From positions 393,514,001-393,578,000 of the forward strand of contig OZ024740.1 in NCBI GenBank assembly GCA_964016885.1: DNA of 64,000 bases. Reading direction: 5' to 3'. The notes below the pieces were generated by a model. It was not told where the DNA came from, made no database searches, and was given only the letters and a program-made list of their open reading frames with translations. Below, piece by piece: positions 39,971 through 52,962 of the stretch; position 1 is the first letter of the stretch, and each line of letters starts with the position of its first letter. This stretch comes from Eledone cirrhosa. Its lineage: Eukaryota. Made by a program: the position numbers and the translations under genes.

Positions 39971-42545
39971 ATATGAATACAACCCTTATAAAATCATCTC
40001 TATATTTCAGTCTTTGTGTATTTTTTTCTATTATTATGTGTGTAAATAAACATCGGAGCATAGAGTGATTTGATATGCTCAGAAAATGTAGAAAATCTTG
40101 AAGGCAGGAAAATAGCTGTGAACACAATTTAGGAAATCAGGTAAAATACACCTATAGATGGAAAAAGTGACCAGCAAATTTTCTACATTTTCTAAGCATA
40201 TATATATAATGTGTGTGTGTGTTGGGAAACTGGATTATATCATCATATCTAAAGGTTTTATACATTATGGTCATCATCTTTTTAATGGCTGTGTTTCCAT
40301 GATTGCATGGGGTAGATCAGATCTTTGTGACAGGTTTTATTATGGTTGAATGCCCTTCTTGACACCAACCTAATTCTAAGTATGGTATATGCTGCTGACG
40401 TTTGTGAGCTGTTATACATAGGACACATTTTTTATGGGAATCATAAACAACTGTCACCCCAAGGATTAGAAACGGTGTTGACATGACAAATGCTATACAC
40501 ACACACATAAATATATGACAAACTTGCTCGCAGTTTTCACTCACATGACATTAGTTTTAGAAGACACTTGCTCAAGGTTCTGTTTGGTGTGACTGAAACT
40601 GAGTCCATGTGGTGCCAATGTGAATTTCTTAACCATACAGCCATACCTGCATTATATACCATTATTATCAAAAACATTTTACAGTCGTTTTTGAATGCTT
40701 GCATGGGTTGGATGGGTCTTTTGTAGCACAGCTTTCCTTCATCAGATGGTTCAGAGTTTTGAGATCAGTTCCAGTCAATTCTACTCAGGTCTTTCTTGAT
40801 CTTCCTCTAATTTAGCTGCATTCTCTCTTAACATTTCTTCTAATGATCATCATTCATATGCATCATATGTCCATAGCACCACAATCTTATCTTTTGCAGA
40901 CTGCCTCTGATTTCTCCTATATGTAGTTTACCCATGCGCCGGTGTTCATGTACAATAACATTACACATCGAATAGAGTATACACACTTAACATATAAATA
41001 TATAATGACAGGCTCCCATACAGCTTATGCCTTCCAAATGTTTACTCACTTGACCCAATGCTATAGTAGAATACCTTTGCCTAAACTCCCTACTGGCCCT
41101 GTATCTGCACCTATGTGAATGTGCAACAAATTTCTTAATGATACAACCATGTCTCTGCAAGTTTAAATGTAAATGTACACTGACAAACAAGCAATATTAT
41201 AAATAGATCTAATACCTATTTCTGATAATTAGATCAACTGAGGCATTATTGAATTTGCTTAAAAACATTTCTTTTTTTTAAATAACAAAATACTAAAAGC
41301 ACATTTAAATTTACAAGAATTTGGTAGTGCAATACTGCATCACTTGTTCCTATCGCTTCCAAAGTAAAATAGATAATTTTCCATTCTGATCATTGAGTAT
41401 TTGATAGAAGTAAAATGCTCAAAAACTCTACATATTCTGTTCTACTTTGTTATGTAGCTTCTACATAGTTGCTAGACTTACCAAATATAACATAAATCTT
41501 GCTCAACAAAGTAACTACTGTCTTAAAAATGGAAAGCCTTAAATCTTATGATGACATATCATACGGTAATGACTGGTTGAACAGAGATAAAATGATAATC
41601 TAAGAGATTTTAAACCATAACCAACATGTTAGACATTTAATTACTGCTGCAGAGTAAGAAGTAAGCTAAGTTTCAAATGATCAAAGTCTGCAATCCAGCT
41701 ATGACTTTTTTTTGTTTTGAGTTTATTCACTTTCACTTAGGATGCCAACAGATCTAAAAAAAAAAATGAAGGTCTCAGCTTCTTGTTCTTGTTTGTCTAT
41801 AAATCTTGGTCTTGCATTAAGGCATAAGACACGAGCAATTATAATTATTTACTTTCTGCTAGCAGTCAGTATGTTTTTTAAAAGCTTTTCTTTATTCCAG
41901 ATCTACTGTTGTATACTATATAACCATATTGTTTGCCAATGTGACAGAGTAAAGGATATGTGGCAAAAGGGGATATTATCAAAGATCTTAACCAGTGTAT
42001 TTAAGGAACCATATATTTAGTTTTACCCTTTTTTCTCTAAATGACATTTCAGACATTGCCAGCTGCTCTAAATTTTCCAAAGGTCATGATAACATGTCAT
42101 TTGTATGATTCACCAATCACCTAACCAATTTTCTATAGAAACAGTGTTAATGTCCACAGAGGATGGCATCAATAAATCTGTGCTGGAATTCTTGGTAAGA
42201 TTCTAGAGAGCACTGTTAATTTAAACTTTACTCATACAACAAACATACATACAAACATGCATATTACTCTTTTCAAGTAATTTGAATTATGTGTATGTGT
42301 TGACATATGTATACATACACATATATATGTATAGGGCTGGATAATTTGTTAAAGTGTCAAAATTCTACTTGAACGCTTGGACAGGGGTGATATAATCAAC
42401 ATTCCCTTACCCCCAAAACTGTTGGCCTACAGGCTGAATTCAAAACTATTATTATTAGCCCCGTGATTGAAAACATTATCTTTGAATTCTAAGAAAAATT
42501 ACAGTTCATTGTTTTCTGAGCATCTTTTAAGTGCAATTGAGCCTA

Positions 42546-42746
42546 TGTAAGGTTGTGTAAACAGCTATTTCATTGTGCTTCAGAACAGAACACTTAATAA
42601 GATTATCATTTTTAACCACATATTTGGAGATGAGCAATTATTATTTTTGTTTTTTTTACTTCATTTCAATCAATTTGATCTCTGGTCACCATTAAGTATC
42701 TCATTCCTGGATATGTAAATAGTATTAGACAGGATTTGAAGCAAGA
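42546..42746 (+). repeat. About 200-bp dispersed direct repeat, copy 1
   Basis: Aligns by eye with 45731-45941. Confidence 0.85.
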
Positions 42747-42806
42747 CAATGTAACTAAGAGGTGTCAACCATTTGGTCTAAACCAGAATATCATATAACA
42801 TTGCAT

Positions 42807-43020
42807 TGTGGATTGGCAGAATCAGTAGAGCGTCAGACAGTATGCTTTGCAATATAAAGTTATGGCCCCTTATGTTCTGATTTCAAATCCCACTGAGGTT
42901 AGCTTTGCCTTTCATTCTTACAGCATCGATAAAATACCAGTAATGCACTAGGGTTGATTTCATCGACTTTACCCCTCCCCAAAATTGTTGGCCTTGTGCT
43001 TAAATCAGAAACTATTATTT
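42807..43020 (+). mobile_element. SINE family A copy (diverged)
   Basis: gtggattggcagaatc...ttcaaatcccactgaggttagctttgcctttcatt...ggccttgtgc. Confidence 0.75.
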
Positions 43021-43494
43021 AGTAAATTACTACTCCAGATTTCTTTGTCTTGAGCACAAAGACTGTGGAACAGGCAATGAGTAGATCTGAACTTGTTCAA
43101 GTTATGACTTTCAGTGATGGCCAAGTGAAAATTCTTGCAGCAAACACTGAAGCTTTCACATTTGAGTTGCTATATTACAATGATATAGTTGAAAAAAACC
43201 CTAAAAATTTTAAGAACTAACCATTTTTCAATAGCCATCAAACTATATAACAACTGGATTAAGAACTACCTTCTTATCAGGCATTTTAAAAATGAATGTA
43301 AAACAATAAATAAAAATATATAATATATTATGGCTTGATAGAGAGTCAGAAAACCCCCCATCTCAGGCCTCTTGTCAGTACAATAGGTTGTATAGTTCAC
43401 ATGATCTTAATATGAACAAAACTCATTCAAAATCTCAATATTGAAATTTGTGCATACAGAAATTCATGATTGATCTGGTTTACTTAATCCTCCC

Positions 43495-44570
43495 CCTCCT
43501 TCTTCTTCGCCCACTTATTCCTGAGAGGGTTGTGGGGGCAGAATCCCCAAACACTCCTTCCAGTGGGTCCTGTCAGAAACAACTGTCTCCAACTGATCTG
43601 GCTGGATCCTCAAGCGAGATCAGCCAAGCTCATGGATGTTATCTAAGCATCTTGCTTGGGATCTACCCTTGGGTCTCCTGCTGGTTCGTTTTGCCTGTAA
43701 AATCTGTCCAATTCTTTCCTGAGACATACTAACCAGATGCCCATGGTATTGGAGCTGTGATCTCTCAAATCGGAGAAGTAGTGGCTCTACCTGGAATGAC
43801 TCTCTGATCTCTGAGCTATGCACTCTATCAAGTAATGTTACTACAAAGACCATTTGAAGGAACCTCATTTCAGCTGCTTGTAATCGTGATCATATTCTTT
43901 CTGTCATCCTGGAAATGCCAGTTTTGTGGGCTTATTTGGCTTTAGGTAGTCTCAAGCTGCAGATAACTAGATGGTGATCAGTTGACAGCTCAGCCCCTCT
44001 TAACATGTACACCAAGCTCATAAATGAAGAGATCAGAGACCATAACAAAATCAATTATTGATCTCTGCCCTTGATTCCCCTTATACCAGGTATATTTATG
44101 GATGTCTTTGTGCTGGAAGAAGGTGTTCATAATAGAGCGTCCATTACTAGAATAGAAGTCCAATAGGCCTCTCCATTCGTATTTAGATCGAGGTCGCCAT
44201 TTCTTCCAATCATTCCTTTCCATGTCAAGTGGTCAGTACCAGCATGTGCATTGAAGTCTCCCAACAGGATATGTGACTCAGTCTAACACTGCAGTGACTT
44301 TATTAAGGAAGGATCTGTACTGAGACTCCTTGTTTGGCACATAAAGCTGCACCACTAACAGAGACCTATCTTTTAGCTTAAGCTTCAAGAGGCAAATCCT
44401 CCCTCCTTATGGTAACCAGTCCATAACATATTCTGACAGCTGGGGGATTTTGAGTATCCCCACTCCAGCTTGTGCAGTCATTTATGGCACTACACCTGAA
44501 TAGTAGAGTTTCCATCTTCCATCCAAATCTACAGTATCAGAGCCACAGAACTTTGTTGAAGAAACCCACT
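43495..44570 (-). mobile_element. RTE-clade LINE with internal deletion (APE domain joined to the 3' end)
   Basis: APE motifs LLGDFNAH, IMNTFFQHKDIHKYTW, SIIDFV and STDHHLV, then directly the post-RT region RFLQMVFVVTLLDRVHSSEIRE..SQLQYHGHL. Confidence 0.8.
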
Positions 44571-45730
44571 TTAAAAAAATCAAATACTTTAATATTTGAT
44601 ATATTATTGAATATTCACTATTTTATTGAATAGAAGAGAGAAGTGTGTGAAATAGGAGAGGAACATATCAACTACAATGACAAAATAGTAAATATTGTAA
44701 TAACTAAATGCATTAAAGTATCTAGATGTATAGTATACCCATTTGCTTTCAAATATCACTTTATATTATTGATTGTAGGAAAGAGAGGTGGGGAAAGAAT
44801 TCCAATCCATTTGGAAGGATGATCATAATTCATTAGCTGGATTCAGAGAAATTCTGTAATATAGACTGGATTTGTTCAAGTGAACTAAAGAGAAGCAACA
44901 GATTTCATTTGAGAGAAGATTCAGTAAGTATAAATATGTAACTAGAGAAAAAAATTATGGCAACTGTACACAGAAGTGCCCATAACAAATAGTAAGAATA
45001 GCAAGATGTATTTACATTAAAACCATTTTAGTGGGTTACTGATAAAATTGGTTGACACAAAACTATGGTGTAAATATTTTTTTCCATGACTCAGGTCTCT
45101 AAGTGATCTGGCAGCTAATGAAATATTCTCTAATTTGTTATTATACAGTATTCTCACACCAGTATCTATTTACATCTACATTGAATTAACCAGAAAGAGT
45201 GTCTTAGCAATGGCTGCAGTACTAGAAATCTGATTTTCTATTAATTTGTTGGTTGTGACTTAGCTGATAAGATGAGGTAGAGAAAAGCAGATAAACATTT
45301 AGCCTTTAGAATAACTATTCAGACACATAGCTAACAGAAATTTCAACAATTAGCAACAATTCATGGGAAGCTATTATCTGATTCATCAAAATTTATACTT
45401 CAATAAACAAATGAAAATTAATTTAGATTTAATTCTCAAATTCATTTACATTGTTAACGTCTTTGAGAAAGGAATGTTTAAAATAGAAGCATATAAAGAT
45501 TTTTTAGTTCTGGAGGTATTTGAGAAGTGGTTTTTCTCTAAAGTTTCATGGTATGAAATATTTATTAAATAAAACACCCTCTGGATAGGATGGTGTATCC
45601 TCAATTGCTATTGGAACAGAGGTAATTTAAAATAACATTCTGTCCAGAAACATAGGTTTGTAGCAAATTTGAACTAAAAAGCCACTTAGAAAGTTTGAAT
45701 GTTGCACACACTCAATACTTAACTGTCAAA

Positions 45731-45941
45731 TGTGAGGTTGTGTATACAGGTATTTCATTGCGCTTCAGAACAGAATACTTAACAAGATTATCATTTTTAA
45801 CCTCATATTTGGAGATGAGCAATTATTACTATTTTTTTTTTTTTACATCCACACTTCATTTCAATCAATTTGATCTCTGGTCACCATTAAGTATCTTATT
45901 CCTGGATATATAAGTAGTATTAGACAGGATTTCAAGCAAGA
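45731..45941 (+). repeat. About 200-bp dispersed direct repeat, copy 2
   Basis: Aligns by eye with 42546-42746. Confidence 0.85.
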
Positions 45942-47722
45942 AACTTTATTTCTAAGCTAAGGGTAATAACATTCTTATCTACTAGGCCACTGACATGTAC
46001 AATTAATGCTATATTTTTAGGTTATTTATATTTATCTTTCACTAAAGGCAGACATATTGAGATGATGTCAGTGCTGGGCTTACTGATTACGTTATCAGTA
46101 AGAATTATGTTTACTGCTTCGATGATTTTTCAAAGTTTCCATTGTGATTCTCTACCAATTTATGGAAATGTTATTCCATAGCACTATATGATTTTCTTTT
46201 TCGCACCATATTTGTTCAGCCATTCCTGACTTTGATGTTTCTCTTCCCCATTAAGGCTGTTTTACTTCCACTATACTAACTTGTAACAACAACCTAATTC
46301 TTCCTTCAGAAAATCTTCTCCAAATGTATGGATTATTATAAATGCAGTTTGTAAGTCATAGCTATTCTTCCATTTCTTCCATAGGTTTAACTTTAGTGAT
46401 GAATCTGCAAAATGTTGTGTTACTTTTGAATGCAGCTCTGATTTTATGTATTGTAGATTCTGTAAAATTTCTCAGCCAAACTTTTGCAGTAAGCTGAGAC
46501 AGTGGATTTTGGTTTAACCTCTTTAAGGTCTATAATAACCCTATGTATTTGCAGCAAATATACATGGAAGACATCGAGAGGCCTCTAAAGATCAAAATAG
46601 AGAAACAGCAAAAAGATTGATAAAGTATCTAGAAACATCTACACCAGAAATCTTTCAATAACCTCAACTATTAAAATAGTGTTTAAGAAGCATTTACACC
46701 TACATTTTAGTAGAAGCATGATATTCATTTACGTAAAATGAGAGGGATGAACGTGGCCTTTATTGTAACAGGATTTGAACTCAGAGCACAAAAGTATGTA
46801 CATAAATATTAAGTTGAGCACTATATTTTGCTGTTTGAATGCTGGTGATAGCAATAAAAATATTTTATGTTGGAACTAGGTCACATATTTGTAATAGAAA
46901 GAGTATAGACAATCAATATCACCCAAGTGAATTACTGGTATTTTATCAACCATAGAATGATGATGTCAATGTTGAGTCTAACAGGAATTTTAACATAGAA
47001 CATACAGTACAAATAGAGCTATTCAGTTCACCTTATTTTTCTATCTAAAGGGCCCTACTGAAAAATGTTAGAATTTACGTTTTCACTGTGGTAATAAAAA
47101 CTTACTCATATTTGCAAATTTAATCTGACAACCGTTTCTGACAACTTACCAAGGTCCAATTATCTTCATAACAGGTGTAAGTCTTCTGTATAAATATAGC
47201 AATTGTCTTGTTTTAACTTAGCAGAAAAGAAAATAACTAAAACAATTTATCATTCCATTATGGGCAGGTTTTCAGATTCCCCATACACATTTTTCTATGC
47301 ACCACTGACTATTTATATTTTTCTTTGTCACAGCTCTTAGTGTTGTGTTACAGATTAATAGTCTGTTTGCTAAAGTAGGAGTCATATTCTTTCAATATTC
47401 TTTGCTTATCTTTTTTGTCACTTTATTTTTGCCATTCTTTTGTCAGAAGTGTAGAATCAACAGGATTGTATTGCTAGTTGTTTTATTGTTTTCTTGAAAA
47501 CAGTATTTACTAGATCAATTGCTTTGGGTGGATACTACATCTCTCTAAGGGCATCTAAGTGACTAGAAAAGGAGTTTAATCAATTTATTTGTTTTGAATA
47601 CAATACTGGTATTTATTTTATCAATCAGGATGAATGAAAATAAAGCCATGCAATTATCATAAGGTATTTAGTGAGGTACTTTAATATTCCTACCACTCTG
47701 CTGGCTTATGATTAGTCATTAA

Positions 47723-47830
47723 CCTTCTGGAGGCTGAATCTTTTTTTGAACTGCTTCCTTTGATACTGTATTATGTATTAAGGGGAGGTTACTCTTTTGG
47801 TGCATTCAGTTGCCTGCAGCACCAAGAGGG
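47723..47830. mobile_element. Short TTAA-flanked MITE candidate
   Basis: ttaa|ccttctggaggctg ... cagcaccaagaggg|ttaa, imperfect inverted ends. Confidence 0.4.
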
Positions 47831-50492
47831 TTAAACTATAAACATTATTGCCCTCCTTTTCCCACCACATACATTTTCATAAAACTATACCTTGTCACTA
47901 GAAAGAAACTTTCACTTTGTACATAGTGTTTTGAGTGAGTTATATTTGCCATTTATCACACACACAGATGCACCTAATTATTTATATATGTATTTACATA
48001 TTTATAAATTTCATCATAACATTTGATAGAATCAAAGCTTTGCTGTCGCTATGATATGCTCATTGGTTCTATCTTGGTTTTATCTCACTGTTCAGTTCTC
48101 CCTAACTTCTAGATGTTCTGATGGAGCAATTCATAGATTTACTGGGCAGCCATCTGAAGATGTTAGTGGTTTGTGTCACTTAAATCTCAATGGCCATGTC
48201 AACTACCTAGCTTTTAAGTAGGTCTGAAGGGTAGTATATACAATTGAAACCAATAATCAAGTTTTCAGTATCAAGTATTGGTTTCTTTTAGCAGGGTAAG
48301 TTCCACTCTAATGCTATTCATGGTTAAATAATGTTGTACCTAGTGGAGCTCCAGTTACATCTATAGTGGTTGGTAGCTTATCATGGCAAGTATTCCGAAG
48401 TCAGAATACAAATAGCACAAGGCATCCTATCTGGCACTTTAAGGATTCTGTCAGTCCTTTGCCCAGGACTGGTACTTATTGATCCTGAAAGAATGAAAGG
48501 CAAAATTGACCATGACGAGATTTGAACTCAAAGTCCAAAGAGTGAGAATAATAACAAGGCATTTTGTTTGATGATGTAAAACTTCTGCTAATTTGTTGTC
48601 TTTGTAATTTAATGGTACCTCTATAAAATCAGTGTCTTGTTGACCAGCAGTATTCAATTTCTCATGTGAGGAAAATTAGTGCCCTATCCCTAGAAACTGA
48701 GAGATAAACAACAATAATATGGATTATGGGAATATATGATAGGAAATATGATATACATGCAAATATACATACATATTACATTTTGTTTCATTTACATGTC
48801 CACACATTTAGCTAAGAAAATGCTAGCTGCCTCCTAATTAGTAATTTAACACAATTTTTCTTTCTACACCTCCCCATTCTCCTGCCACAATTTCTATAAT
48901 ATAACTATTTTTTCAGTTGTACAATTTATTATCTTCACACCATTCCATTGCAATTAGCCCAGAAAAACATATCTGTATACTAGTCTTGGGTTTTCACATC
49001 TTAAATGTTTCATCAGATAAGTTGGTATGCCTGTATCTTTTAGAATTAACTTCCTTAAATTTTACAGATAGATAGATGGTTGACAGCCAACAAGCTCCAC
49101 AGTATTTAATGTAACATAAATACCAAAAGTGTAAGTAATGTTTTTTGTATCATGGACTTTAGTAGGTGGGTGGTAGAATCAGTAGAACCTAGTGATATTT
49201 CATTATATTTGGAGTTCAAATCATGGCCATGCATACATATACACACACTTCAGTGCATCTTATTGTGGTACCAGCACTAGAGAGGTTGTAATCTGCTCAA
49301 CCAGGCTGAGGTACTTTCTGCTCTATAAGTGTTTCTGATGACCCACCACTGTACAAAGTAAACTGAGTGCATTTTATTGAGGCAAAACACTAGAGAAGTT
49401 GTCAGATATTCAACAGAGTCAAAAGGTCTTTTCTATTTTGTTGTCTTGGTTGTTTCATCATCAGTTTCATGCTCATTTTTCCAAGCTGGCATGGGTTGGA
49501 CTATGACAAAACATAATCAAATATCACATCTGTATAAGAAATTAGCTGGACTTCTTAAAACACAAGTAATGCTTTGTGGTATCTTTTTCAGCCCTTTTTA
49601 AGTTGGCCTGTGATGTCACTGTTGTATTTGCCCTTGTCTTTCCATTGGACAACATTTGTGGTATGGAGAAGAAAAACTTGCATGCATTTACATTTTCCTC
49701 AAAAATATCTTGCCAAGGCCTGCTTTTTGAAAAGTAACTTTCCAGCTGCAGATACATAATCTCATAAGGCACTTATGTGGTTAAAAAGCTCACGTTGGGA
49801 CTATGTGGTTTCAGGTTTTGCCATACAGTAAGGTACCTTCAGAAAATTTCTACTATAGCTTCAGGCTGACCATAATCATGTCAGTGAATTTGGTAGAGAG
49901 AAACTGTTTGAAGTGTGCGTATGTATGTCTGTTTCTGTGTTTATTGCTGTGCCTTATCTCTTTGTATTTGAAGTCACTAATGCAAGGGATGATATTTGTT
50001 TACAACCCAAATAAAGAAAGAATGGTGGCTCAGTTGTAAGACAATAAAGTACTATAACTTTTTTAAAAAGCTGGGGTTGGCATCCAGCCCTAGAATTCTC
50101 CTTCAAAAAGTATCATCCAATTGATGCCAGCTTAACAATAAAATGGATGTTAAACTGATGATGATACTTGTACTTTATATGCCTACATTAAAATGTGTGT
50201 GTATGATCTATTCTGTGAATTAGCATGTGAAGTATTCCACAGACATATGTAGCCCATCTGATGAGCTTCCATAAAGTTTCTATCTAGCTAATTTCACTCA
50301 CAAGCCTTGATCGAAACTGAGGCTATGGTAATATACATATGCCCAAGATGTTGCACAGTTTTACCAAACCTGTGACCTCATGATTATGAAGTGAACTTCT
50401 TAACCACTCAACAATGTCTGCTGTGTGTGTGTGTGCATGTGTGTCTGTGTGGAGAGGGACATGTATGTGTGTGCATGTATGTGTCGGTGTGG

Positions 50493-50563
<71 letters not shown>

Positions 50564-50853
50564 CAAATAACGAAACGAAATTAAATTTCGTTTCGTTTGT
50601 AACTCACTTTTGTATGACTGACGCTTAAACAATTAAGTTAAAGATGTACATCCATATATGTATACTGAAATACTAGTATGTATATGAATACACACACGTA
50701 TACATATGTAGATGTACCAAGTTTTTTTCACTGGTCACTTTACTGTGAGTGGCCAGCTATTCTGTATGTAAACACACAGACAAACCGGTTTTTAGAGTCA
50801 TACTGGTTTTTGAGGAAACACCTTTCCTCTATTCTCCAGAAAGCCAGACAAGG

Positions 50854-50898
50854 AATATTGAACTAGTTTCGTTGTTGTTACAACTCATCAGCAATATT
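50854..50898 (-). ncRNA. Minimal type I hammerhead ribozyme, inverted copy
   Basis: Exact reverse complement of 50995-51039, in the inverted arm. Confidence 0.85.
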
Positions 50899-50994
50899 TA
50901 CCTATCTTCCGGCCTGCCCACTACTAATTTTCATAGAAAAAGCATATAACGATATGTGCTTTTACGATTCTCTAGAGAGGCCGGAAGATAGGTA

Positions 50995-51039
50995 AATATT
51001 GCTGATGAGTTGTAACAACAACGAAACTAGTTCAATATT
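50995..51039 (+). ncRNA. Minimal type I hammerhead ribozyme, copy 1
   Basis: aatattg-CTGATGA-gttgt(aaca)acaac-GAAA-ctag-TT-caatatt: 7-bp stem I, canonical core, 5-bp stem II, 1-bp stem III with palindromic CTAG loop. Predicted cleavage after 51032. Confidence 0.88.
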
Positions 51040-51462
51040 CCTTGTCTGGCTTTCTGGAGAATAGAGGAAAGGTGTTTCCTCAAAAACCAGTATGACTCTA
51101 AAAACCGGTTTGTCTGTGTGTTTACATACAGAATAGCTGGCCACTCACAGTAAAGTGACCAGTGAAAAAAACTTGGTACATCTACATATGTATACGTGTG
51201 TGTATTCATATACATACTAGTATTTCAGTATACATATATGGATGTACATCTTTAACTTAATTGTTTAAGCGTCAGTCATACAAAAGTGAGTTACAAACGA
51301 AACGAAATTTAATTTCGTTTCGTTATTTGTTTTTATCGTCTCCGTTAAACCGGTACTTACTCACACTCTATGCAAGTTGGTCTGCCCACTACTAATTTTC
51401 ATAGAAAAAGCATATAACGATATGTGCTTTTACGATTCTCTAGAGAGGCCGGAAGATAGGTA

Positions 51463-51507
51463 AATATTGCTGATGAGTTGTAACAACAACGAAACTAGTT
51501 CAATATT
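51463..51507 (+). ncRNA. Minimal type I hammerhead ribozyme, copy 2
   Basis: Identical to 50995-51039, 468 bp downstream. Predicted cleavage after 51500. Confidence 0.88.
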
Positions 51508-51732
51508 CCTTGTCTGGCTTTCTGGAGAATAGAGGAAAGGTGTTTCCTCAAAAACCAGTATGACTCTAAAAACCGGTTTGTCTGTGTGTTTACATACAGA
51601 ATAGCTGGCCACTCACAGTAAAGTGACCAGTGAAAAAAACTTGGTACATCTACATATGTATACGTGTGTGTATTCATATACATACTAGTATTTCAGTATA
51701 CATATATGGATGTACATCTTTAACTTAATTAT

Positions 51733-51825
<93 letters not shown>

Positions 51826-52926
51826 AATATCCATATGTCGTAAAAGTATAATGTATAAAGCAAACACTGTAAACAATGTAACTTTGGAAAGAGATAGAAG
51901 ACAGCCAATTTACAATATTATTCTGCTATGGAATGATTAAGTGGATAATGTTAATATTCTATATTACATTCTTATTTTCATATAAGAGAAAGGTACATAT
52001 GGATGGGATTGAATCCACTGTGCCAGTGAATGAAGTACAGTATATGTCTCATGGAGGTGTAGATTCTAAAATACAATATTAGTTTAATTTATTATATTTA
52101 TTTACCAGCCAATTGTATTATCATCATCCTCCTCCTCATCATCATCATGCCATATGAATAATATAAATGATATATTTGTTGTGTCAATAAACCATTCTGC
52201 CTTTGGTTTCATTCCATAATTTAACAGTCAATTGTCTAGCAATTAATATAAATGTCTATAATATATTATATCCTCAATTTCATTCCATAGTTAAGCATTT
52301 TATACATAGAACATAGTAGAATAATATTATAGATTACTGCTGAGTGTGTCTATGTGAGCATGTCCTTTATTAAAAGTGAATTGAAGCAAAACTTCAATTT
52401 AGAGATAAGGTATTGTTTTGTGGGTATATATGTTTTTGTGTGTAGATTCTTTAATGATAAATATTTAAATGAGCTATTATGAAGGATTTGACGACTCTTT
52501 TTTCTGAATTGCTTGCAGTTCAAGACATTCTTTTTAGTCTTAACTAGAAATAAGGAGTGTGTGTGTGTGTATTTGTGTATTTGTGTTTCTATGCATACAT
52601 ACACCCATATATAAATAATGCATTGAAATATATACCTTAAATATATTTTTTTTATTATTCTCTCGAGCATTGTATAAGTATAGTTAATGGCTGTTAGAGT
52701 TATGTCAATACGACTATTGTCTAAAGCTGCCAAGTACAACGACAGTAGCAGACAATAGAAAGAGTAAAGCAAAAATTCATCTATCCTATTAATATGTGTA
52801 TATACACACACACACACACATATATAGACATACATATTTATACACACACACACACGTATATACACATGTACATATATATATATACACACACACATATATG
52901 TATATACACATGTACAGACATATATG

Positions 52927-52962
<36 letters not shown>

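Larger units (their letters stand above)
50557..51730. mobile_element. Non-coding hammerhead-bearing retrozyme-like or Penelope pLTR array: 359-bp inverted arm plus 1.75 direct copies of a 468-bp unit, inside (TA)n
   Basis: 50557-50915 is the reverse complement of 50978-51336. 50914-51262 repeats at 51382-51730 (period 468). (TA)n lies on both sides. Each copy holds a hammerhead. No meaningful ORF. Confidence 0.9.

Noticed and set aside
47150-47186. Possible short minus-strand exon (tttatacAG ... GTaagt; KTYTCYEDNWTL)
   Set aside because: The splice signals are plausible, but there is no convincing match to the expected neighbouring TMEM135 exons and no other support.
50255-50285. CTGATGAG motif
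   Set aside because: No GAAA or stem arrangement follows. It lies at the edge of a reverse-oriented SINE-like fragment.
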